Source of the DNA: a virus
Lineage: Duplodnaviria; Caudoviricetes
Virus record (IMG/VR): IMGVR_UViG_2061766007_000330
Reading direction: 5' to 3' (one strand)
DNA length: 64,000 nucleotides
Below the pieces are notes generated by a model. It worked only from the letters and a program-made list of their open reading frames with translations. It did not search any database and was not told where the DNA came from. The translations under genes were made by a program, and so were the position numbers. Positions 56,816 through 64,000 of this stretch are shown piece by piece. How positions within the stretch are numbered: position 1 is the stretch's first letter; the number at the start of each line of letters is the position of its first letter.

Positions 56816-59059
56816 CTATAGCGTTAACAATAATGAATCTTTGACAATTGGTGTTAGTGTTTGATCGTCAAATTTGCGGTTTCTCAACTTGATCACGTGT
56901 GTACCTTTGATGGTATTCGGTTCGAACAGGATGTAATGACATGTGTTTTTCTGTCGTAATTCCTCTGGAATATTCAGAATAAACGCTTCTAATGGATTGA
57001 AGATTCCGATGATTTTGTATTTCGAAATCAACGACACCCTGATCTCACGCATATTACCTTTGGTAGATGCGTTGGTCAACTTGACAATAGTTGGATCAGA
57101 CAAATCATAATAAGCGACAACTACATTATCCGCACAGATATTTGACAGATAAATAATTTCTGTCTTGACACCTGTTGCCGACGATGACAATCGCTTTGAA
57201 ATGTCTGATGTTAGGAACATGTTCACTCGGCGGTCATTCGTAACACCAACGAATGTGGACCCACACACGATTCCAGTTCCATCGTTTGAAATCAACGGAG
57301 CAACACCCGACATTCGCATGATGTGCTTATCACGCAACGCAATGGTGTTTTCCTGCGCTCCTCTGCTGCAGATGAATGAAGTTGCCGCAAACGATTTTGG
57401 GAAACTCAGTGTTTCGTCGTTCACAATCTTTCCGTCAGTCACCGCATAGAATCTCCGTCCTTTCAGTTTCGGATACAGTTGAACATAGACATTTTTGATG
57501 CTCCAGTCTTTCAAGAGTTTTGACAACTCCTCATATGTCGAGAACTGAATAACACCCGTAGATGTCGATATACAACCAATGAAATTTCCATACATGGTTC
57601 GGCGAGGACACCGCTTTCCGTATTTTTCTTTGACGGCTTTGACTTCTGAGATAATTCGACTGTCGATCTTCTCATACGCCCTGCTGTGTTCTTCTCTGGC
57701 CTTGGTGATATTTTCCAATGCCTTTGCGATTTCATCACGACCCTGATGTGTCAACAATCCAAGACGAGAATCGTGAATAAATTTCGCCTGCCACAACGTC
57801 ACATTGTATTTCTTATGCAACGCTTCGATGGCATCTTTTTCCGAAGCACACGAATGGATTAGGTTCGAGATTTCTTTGCCATGCTCGACAATAATCATCT
57901 TCGCCTGATACTCACGCAGTTTCTCCGCTAGACGCTTGTTCTCCGTGTTGATCTCACTGACAATGATGTCGTGACGTGCGTGATACCATACTTCCAACAA
58001 TGTCAACGGATTTAATGCGACACGGTGACCAGAACCATCAGTGAAGTTCCATATCGGTTTGACGGATGTTGTAAATCCAATTTTCTTCTTGAGTTCTGAC
58101 AAGATAGCAAATGGATCCACGCCACGGCGCAACCTGCACTGAATGTCGCCATATTCGATGTCGCATTTCAAGTCATCCACGTCTGTGAAATTCGTAGCGC
58201 TAAACGAACCCGATTTCTTCAGTTCCATGCCCAATTTCTGGACAATGTCACCGTAGTTTGATCCAGTTGGTGATGCACCAATGGTACGAATACTAATGTG
58301 ATCGGGATAAATGTCCATAAGACCGTCCGTGATCAACGCACCGTCATACACACCACGCTCTAGATTGTTTCGGATTTCTTTCTCGTTACGAATCAAACAA
58401 TACGTCGGATAGTCTGGCACAAGATACTGCGCAAAATCTTTGTACCGAACTAAAAAGTCAAACGGATGCTTCTTTCGAATTTCAATGAACTTTTCGGTCA
58501 AATCACAGACTGCCGATAAATTGTGCATCGGAATCGACGTTGCATATCCGAGTGTCGGAGCCCAAATACCTGTCAACAATGCCATTGGAATTACTGGCAC
58601 GAAGTTGATGATTTCTTGGACATTCACATCCATTTCCGCTTCTCTGCGTTTGAGATACGGCGTTGTGTCTGGATGTCCAAAATAAACATCTCGTGTAAAT
58701 TCTGATGACGTCACGTCCAGATACCTAGGCGAGGCTGCTTCACCGCCACTGTAATCTCCGAGATTGCCTTCGGATGTCACGAGCGGGATTGCCTGTTTAA
58801 AGGGTTGTGCCATTCGGATCAGTGCACCACCGACACCGCTATCGCCATGCGGATGCAGTGTCAGTGTATTGCCGATAACCTTGAAGCACTTGATGAGTTG
58901 GTCGTTTGTTCCAATAGCGACCAAAATTCTGCGTTGCACCTGAGACAAGCCATCGATACAATTAGGCATTTTGTTTTCGATGACATCGGTCCCGTAGGTT
59001 CGAAGATTGTCAACAATAATCTCCGACGCAACGACGTTTTCTCTTATTACATCGTCCAT
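56816..59059 (-). CDS. gyrA: Type IIA topoisomerase A subunit (GyrA/ParC-like)
   Basis: IDGL..VQRRIL, HPHGD, RMAQPF, GN.G...G..AASPRY (catalytic Tyr), G.ATSIP.HNL. Confidence 0.92.
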   Translation of the reverse strand: MDDVIRENVVASEIIVDNLRTYGTDVIENKMPNCIDGLSQVQRRILVAIGTNDQLIKCFKVIGNTLTLHPHGDSGVGGALIRMAQPFKQAIPLVTSEGNLGDYSGGEAASPRYLDVTSSEFTRDVYFGHPDTTPYLKRREAEMDVNVQEIINFVPVIPMALLTGIWAPTLGYATSIPMHNLSAVCDLTEKFIEIRKKHPFDFLVRYKDFAQYLVPDYPTYCLIRNEKEIRNNLERGVYDGALITDGLMDIYPDHISIRTIGASPTGSNYGDIVQKLGMELKKSGSFSATNFTDVDDLKCDIEYGDIQCRLRRGVDPFAILSELKKKIGFTTSVKPIWNFTDGSGHRVALNPLTLLEVWYHARHDIIVSEINTENKRLAEKLREYQAKMIIVEHGKEISNLIHSCASEKDAIEALHKKYNVTLWQAKFIHDSRLGLLTHQGRDEIAKALENITKAREEHSRAYEKIDSRIISEVKAVKEKYGKRCPRRTMYGNFIGCISTSTGVIQFSTYEELSKLLKDWSIKNVYVQLYPKLKGRRFYAVTDGKIVNDETLSFPKSFAATSFICSRGAQENTIALRDKHIMRMSGVAPLISNDGTGIVCGSTFVGVTNDRRVNMFLTSDISKRLSSSATGVKTEIIYLSNICADNVVVAYYDLSDPTIVKLTNASTKGNMREIRVSLISKYKIIGIFNPLEAFILNIPEELRQKNTCHYILFEPNTIKGTHVIKLRNRKFDDQTLTPIVKDSLLLTL

Positions 59060-59118
59060 TTTGAATAATACCTCTTGGTGGATTTATGGGTTGGGTCTCT
59101 ATTACATATTTGTATTTT

Positions 59119-59126
59119 GTAATATA
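59119..59126 (-). promoter_or_regulatory. Early promoter TATATTAC
   Basis: Exact consensus 60 nt above gyrA. Confidence 0.75.
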
Positions 59127-59146
59127 TAACTAGAAACAGCCCGAAT

Positions 59147-59638
59147 TTATCGACCTTTTAGTATTCTACGTTTACGATAATAAGCATTCATGTGTTTTGA
59201 CTGTGAATCTTCCCAGATTATACGGGCGTTTCCAAATTTAGCATAAATGTCCTGTGCACAATGCCACGCATCATCTTCTGCTTTAATATTCCTAAATCGT
59301 TCAACCAGCAATTCCCTGTTGGTTTCTCCGTTGGCATAGAAATCGTGTATCACTCGTTTCCTTTGCAGAAAGATCAAATGTCTCATGAAGAAGTGACATA
59401 GTTCATGAGCCAACGTTGAAATTTCAGGCCAGTTCTTTTCTCTTATGTAAGCGTGATTAAGAACAATAACACCGTTTTTTCCAAGCATCGGAATATACGA
59501 ACCAAACCATTTGTGAGACGAATCTTCAAGATGTTGAATCTCGATATCGGCAAAAAAGAAATCAATCTTGTGTTCCAGTAGCCAGTCACAGACAGCATCA
59601 ATCACGTTTCCATAAGTAATTTCTGTAAGTTCTGTCAT
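59147..59638 (-). CDS. Zincin-like metallopeptidase (ImmA/IrrE-like)
   Basis: I.LN...TLAHELCH and downstream E..AW..A. Confidence 0.7.
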   Translation of the reverse strand: MTELTEITYGNVIDAVCDWLLEHKIDFFFADIEIQHLEDSSHKWFGSYIPMLGKNGVIVLNHAYIREKNWPEISTLAHELCHFFMRHLIFLQRKRVIHDFYANGETNRELLVERFRNIKAEDDAWHCAQDIYAKFGNARIIWEDSQSKHMNAYYRKRRILKGR

Positions 59639-59690
59639 CGTATGTACCTGTCGAATTTAGATAATAGTATCTTTGATTATAGAGGTTTCC

Positions 59691-62600
59691 ATGCCACAAT
59701 TAAAACCAATTAACATTGAGATTGAGGACCCAGAGAAGTACATACGGGAAAACGATCTCAAGCCGATTACTGCGGCATTTATTCACGAGTCGTCATCTAC
59801 CAAATTTCACCACGGTGGATTGTTCTCCGAGGAGATATTCGGGCAGATAGGGTCGACTGAACGAATGGTGAAGTTTGGATACATCGATTTACGCACACGT
59901 GTGTTCCAGCCTGTCATCTACAAAAACCTTATCAAACTGAAAGCTCTTTATGGCGAAGTCATTAGCCGGAAGGCGTATGCCAAATACAACAAATCCTTGG
60001 GTGATCTTGAAAGAACAAATCCGGATGACGAAGAAGGAAATACAGGATTTGCTTATTTCATGTCGATTCTTCCAAATCTGAAATTTGAGAAGAACAATTC
60101 CATCAAGCAGAACGATCGTGTGGATGTTCTGACAAAATACAGAAACAATTCCACAATGACAAAACTGCTGGTAATTCCTGCAGGCATTCGAGACATGAAC
60201 GAGGATGAAGGTCGTCCATCTGCGGACAGTATCAACAGTCTCTATACCTCGTTGTTTAATTACACCATGGCGTTGCCACCCAACGGATCCGAAGACGAAG
60301 TCTATGACGGAGTTCGTTATGCCATTCAGAAAAAGATTGATCAAATTTATGATTATCTTTTTAATATGTGTGAAGGAAAACGAGGATTCTGGCAAAAGAA
60401 ATATGGTGAACGTGCACTGGCGCTAGGTACTCGTAATGTCATTTCTACAGCTGACATGGGATCTGCATCACCACAATCTGAACAGGCGATTAAAATTGAT
60501 GAGATGAAACTCCCAACATTCCAAGCTGCTAAAGGATTCTTGCCGGCTGTCATATATCATCTAAAGGATAAGTTTTTTTCTCGTATCTTCAAAAACTCTG
60601 CAGACCAAGTGGCGTTGGTTGATCCAAAGACATACGACTTGGTTTATCAACCTGTAACTGAAGATGAAAAAATGCGGTTTTTGTCAACGGATGGTTTAAG
60701 CAAATTAGTGAATCTCTTCAGAGACAGAGAATTCCGATTCAATCCTGTGGTTATTCATAACACGGATGACAAGCCGTTCTATTTGTGTATGGTCTACGAT
60801 GATGGTGATCGTGTTTGGATTAGCAGTTCCATGTCAGAACTTATATCGTATTTCACCGAACACAAGATACCATACAACAAATCAAAGGTTCGACCCATTA
60901 CCTATTTTGAAATCATGTACATCGCTACGTATCATGCGACGTGCGAACGGCATGCTACGGTAACTCGGTATCCATGCACAGATACGGGTTCTGATGTTCC
61001 TTGTAAGGTTCATCTGATGTCCACAAACCCTGGTCGTATCGTGGATTTGATGAACACAGCAGACGATGCTGTCACCCTAACTTATCCGGAGTATCCAATC
61101 ATGAATAAATCAAGCGTTGACTCTACCGTGTTACATCCAAGTATTCTCATAGGTCTTGGTGCGGACTTTGATGGAAATTGCGTTTCTGGCGATAGTTATG
61201 TCATTCTTGCTTACACTCAAGAATGGCTCAGAGAGACCATTCGCGGTTGTATCATACCATCGCACGAAGCCAGAAAACCAATGGGTGCTATTCCGTACAT
61301 GGGGGTTAACAGACTTCGTAGTAATCTCGAGAAGAACACCTTTGATCGTCTGAATGATGACATCTATCTTGCCGAAATACAGATTAAATATTTCCCGCAT
61401 GTCTCTGCTTACACCTATGACAAAAACGGTGCGAAAGTCTATGAAGTTCCGAAAGGCTGCTGTGTTGCATCGTTTGATCCGGTGACCAATAATTATCAGT
61501 TATATCCGATTACCACATTCACTGTGGAAAATCGGTGTGAAGCGGTTGAGTGCCACTTTGCAACAAAGAAAATAACAGTGTCTCGAAACGAATCTATTGC
61601 CATATTTAACAGAGAATCAGGGAGTCTGTTAAGAACATCTCCAGAACTATGCAAGGCGTATGACTGTGTTCCTGTGTTTCGCAGAGAGCCGTTAAGTTAT
61701 GGAAGCAAACGCACGTATCAGGATGGATATACAGACGGTCTGAAACTGCTGCATTTGCCACCGCCGTGTCAGACATTCCATCGTCCTCCTCGTCCAATTA
61801 TTCCGTTTGTATTCTGGCTTAAACGGTCATACGGATGTTTCCCGAAACCGTTGTTCATACACAACATTCACATGCCTCCAATGCCGAAACACCTCACCAG
61901 AAATTATTTGCGTGAGTCATCTAGTTCGTATCTTTGGGGACTGTTTAACGGACTGTTCAAAGATTCTGGTGTGTTATACACAGATCCAAAAACATCGTTA
62001 GTGCATTTCTACATCTATACGCCGATGCCTGATTTGCCTCCGATTATTCAGTTCTTGTTCTATTTGTTAGGTCTTCGTTACACGTATCTTTATTACATTG
62101 ACGAACGTGGCCACGAGCATTATGCGATTGAATTGAATCCAACCGACATCTATAACAACAGTGAACGTCTGCTTTTTACAGACGCCGAAGACTATCGTGT
62201 GTTTGAATGTTGGCGAAACGGGAAATGCCCGTTTGATCCATCAGACAGAATTCCATTAACAAAATTCGAATCAGAATGGTTGTCCAACAATCTAACGCCG
62301 ATGGCAGAACCGATTCGTCCGTATCTTACAGACCCATTACGTTCAGATGTTCCTCGTCAACTCCTGAAAGAATACGAAGCACATCTGGAACATTGGCAAC
62401 TCTACAGTCTGATTATGCGTATCAACGCAACATGTGTTCTGTGGGAATCCATCGAAGAATGTAAACCTGTTAAAGAGATTCCTGTATTTGACTTCCAGGT
62501 TCCAAAGTCTAAAGTATTTGTCATCAACGACGGTGTTGTTGTCTACGATACTGTTTCGGTTGACAGCATTCTTTCAGACGAGTCAAACAAGGAAGTTGAA

Positions 62601-62726
62601 AATCACTTGAACAGTGTCGGTCGTTATGTTCACTCAAACGGTTCGTTGATTATGGGTTATGATGACCTGATTGCACTCACGTTGTTTAATCTGTCTCGTG
62701 ATCCAGACGCTGAAATGAAGAAATAA
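59691..62726 (+). CDS. rpoC: Virion RNA polymerase beta' N-terminal (catalytic) subunit, phiKZ gp180-like, intein-containing
   Basis: GLFSEEIFG, FGYIDL, VIPAGIRD, GKRG, GTRNVIS, TRYP, GADFDG catalytic motif interrupted by a 457-aa insertion; ATG 59691 after GAGG. Confidence 0.9.
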   Translation: MPQLKPINIEIEDPEKYIRENDLKPITAAFIHESSSTKFHHGGLFSEEIFGQIGSTERMVKFGYIDLRTRVFQPVIYKNLIKLKALYGEVISRKAYAKYNKSLGDLERTNPDDEEGNTGFAYFMSILPNLKFEKNNSIKQNDRVDVLTKYRNNSTMTKLLVIPAGIRDMNEDEGRPSADSINSLYTSLFNYTMALPPNGSEDEVYDGVRYAIQKKIDQIYDYLFNMCEGKRGFWQKKYGERALALGTRNVISTADMGSASPQSEQAIKIDEMKLPTFQAAKGFLPAVIYHLKDKFFSRIFKNSADQVALVDPKTYDLVYQPVTEDEKMRFLSTDGLSKLVNLFRDREFRFNPVVIHNTDDKPFYLCMVYDDGDRVWISSSMSELISYFTEHKIPYNKSKVRPITYFEIMYIATYHATCERHATVTRYPCTDTGSDVPCKVHLMSTNPGRIVDLMNTADDAVTLTYPEYPIMNKSSVDSTVLHPSILIGLGADFDGNCVSGDSYVILAYTQEWLRETIRGCIIPSHEARKPMGAIPYMGVNRLRSNLEKNTFDRLNDDIYLAEIQIKYFPHVSAYTYDKNGAKVYEVPKGCCVASFDPVTNNYQLYPITTFTVENRCEAVECHFATKKITVSRNESIAIFNRESGSLLRTSPELCKAYDCVPVFRREPLSYGSKRTYQDGYTDGLKLLHLPPPCQTFHRPPRPIIPFVFWLKRSYGCFPKPLFIHNIHMPPMPKHLTRNYLRESSSSYLWGLFNGLFKDSGVLYTDPKTSLVHFYIYTPMPDLPPIIQFLFYLLGLRYTYLYYIDERGHEHYAIELNPTDIYNNSERLLFTDAEDYRVFECWRNGKCPFDPSDRIPLTKFESEWLSNNLTPMAEPIRPYLTDPLRSDVPRQLLKEYEAHLEHWQLYSLIMRINATCVLWESIEECKPVKEIPVFDFQVPKSKVFVINDGVVVYDTVSVDSILSDESNKEVENHLNSVGRYVHSNGSLIMGYDDLIALTLFNLSRDPDAEMKK
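61179..62549 (+). mobile_element. Non-canonical intein with degenerate LAGLIDADG endonuclease
   Basis: Block A CVSGDSYV; block B SRNES (no His); endonuclease remnants GLFNGLFKDSG and IQFLFYLLG; blocks F/G VFDFQVP.SKVFVINDGVVVYD|T. Confidence 0.85.
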
Positions 62727-62736
62727 TTACTATCAC

Positions 62737-62768
62737 GGTAGCTAGTGGGTCGTAACCCACTAGCTACC
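62737..62768. terminator. Perfect hairpin between convergent genes
   Basis: GGTAGCTAGTGGGT-cgta-ACCCACTAGCTACC. Confidence 0.8.
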
Positions 62769-62815
62769 TATTATCAGCTAATTCACTCAAATAAATCGTT
62801 TATTTATTGGTATCT

Positions 62816-64000
62816 TTAGAGTCGTGCGTAATCTCTCACGATATTTGAACGATACATCGCTAACGGAATTTCGGGATGACTATCTGTCTTTAATTCGTAT
62901 GTTGGCAAGTTAGAAACTGCTGTCATTCGACCAGTGGTTCCTTCATGCAGAACATCCAAACGACAAATCATAAACCTGTCGTTGATTAACGAGTTTGTTC
63001 CCGTATGCGATTTTAACCGAATGGAATACGTTCCACCTGCGTTTACAGGTGCAATCAATTCTGCAGATAACGAACATAGATCATCTGAATAATACACAAT
63101 AGGTGTTCCGTCGACGGGACACTCAAAATACATACGCTGTTGAGTAAACCAATCGTACATTAAAACACCAATAGCACGACACGTAGATTGACTGACAAAC
63201 GTTCCGTAAATTGTTGTTGGCATAACAACACCATTTCCAGGAACCACCAGTTGATTTGCATTTGACTGTTCGCCATAACCGGTTTGATAGGTTTCAGCAT
63301 CAACCGTTGCAATCTTTAACTTCACAATGTCGTTTGGTTCATTATCTTGAGGATAACTACCATAAAACACAGCAGACACGATTGGGGCTTTGGTAAGAAC
63401 AACGGTATTTGACACCTTATCCGAATTATATTCCCATACCATTCCGTTTGGTAATGTCACATCTTGATTATCAAGGAACGTTGGAAGAATACCGCTCACA
63501 CCTGTTGTATTTGTATTATCACCATACAGATGAGCAGCGCCTTCTTCCAGCATAGGACTTGCTGTCAGTTTCCACACCGCATCTGCCAACGGAGTCTCGT
63601 CGTAAATCGACACAACTGCAGTCCGTGAATTTCCTTGAGATGACGAAATGCTCATCTGCAGATAATATCCTTTCTTACCGGAGTTGTTGCTTTCAAACCA
63701 AACAACACGGAATTTTGGATAAATTCTGTAAGTGAAGTACGGATCATTATGCAAGCCAGCAAACGATGGTTCCGAAACAGACAATGGAGTAAGTTCTAAC
63801 GATTGCGCTTGTTTTGAATCAAACCGCAAACAGAAGCGACCGTCAAAGTCTTGATTGTTCTGATTCGTTATACGAATTCGGAACGTTGAAATGCTTTGAG
63901 TTCTCAAAACATTAATGTCAGACCACGTAGGTGTCGAATAGGACGCTATGGTCACCCACTGATGTTTGTTGTACACATGCGAATACTCAAACGACGTATT
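62816..64000 (-). CDS. Partial beta-rich protein, possibly tail fibre/receptor-binding (starts beyond the window)
   Basis: Frame is open to base 64000; Ser/Thr/Asn-rich, strand-like sequence. Confidence 0.5.
   Translation of the reverse strand, partial: NTSFEYSHVYNKHQWVTIASYSTPTWSDINVLRTQSISTFRIRITNQNNQDFDGRFCLRFDSKQAQSLELTPLSVSEPSFAGLHNDPYFTYRIYPKFRVVWFESNNSGKKGYYLQMSISSSQGNSRTAVVSIYDETPLADAVWKLTASPMLEEGAAHLYGDNTNTTGVSGILPTFLDNQDVTLPNGMVWEYNSDKVSNTVVLTKAPIVSAVFYGSYPQDNEPNDIVKLKIATVDAETYQTGYGEQSNANQLVVPGNGVVMPTTIYGTFVSQSTCRAIGVLMYDWFTQQRMYFECPVDGTPIVYYSDDLCSLSAELIAPVNAGGTYSIRLKSHTGTNSLINDRFMICRLDVLHEGTTGRMTAVSNLPTYELKTDSHPEIPLAMYRSNIVRDYARL

Noticed and set aside
61176-62546. Group I intron explanation for the beta' insertion
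   Set aside because: Fully in frame with intein blocks A, F and G. Junctions that would restore GAT do not fit the exon-U / terminal-G rule, and no P7-like core was seen.
1-64000. CRISPR arrays, tRNA/rRNA genes, IS elements, alternative genetic code, chimallin or PhuZ genes
   Set aside because: No spaced direct repeats, cloverleafs or transposases seen by eye; long genes read intact in code 11. Chimallin and tubulin were not recognised here, so nucleus formation is not shown by this window.

Overview
Window of a phiKZ-like (Chimalliviridae-type) jumbo phage genome. It carries tail sheath and tube, portal, baseplate/spike genes and a gp175-like prohead protease. It also has three non-virion RNA polymerase (nvRNAP) subunits, two virion RNA polymerase (vRNAP) pieces, an SF2 helicase, GyrA, and ClpP-like, ferritin-like, thioredoxin-like and radical SAM proteins. 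phiKZ-type early promoters (TATATT[A/C/T]C) and long perfect intergenic hairpins are present. Three things stand out. (1) A 1823-aa ORF reads as a six-module polyprotein (two transglutaminase-like domains, HD domain, SNF2 helicase, permuted NlpC/P60, vRNAP beta C-terminal piece) with a prohead-protease-type S/G-x-E site in every linker. (2) A non-canonical intein sits in the vRNAP beta' catalytic motif with Asn and Asp apparently swapped across its junctions (DFDGN|C...YD|T). (3) A family of head proteins has a transmembrane helix directly after a predicted maturation site. All family assignments, including phiKZ gp numbers, come from motif recognition and recalled synteny, not database searches. 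A few single-base frameshifts in homopolymers suggest possible assembly indel errors.
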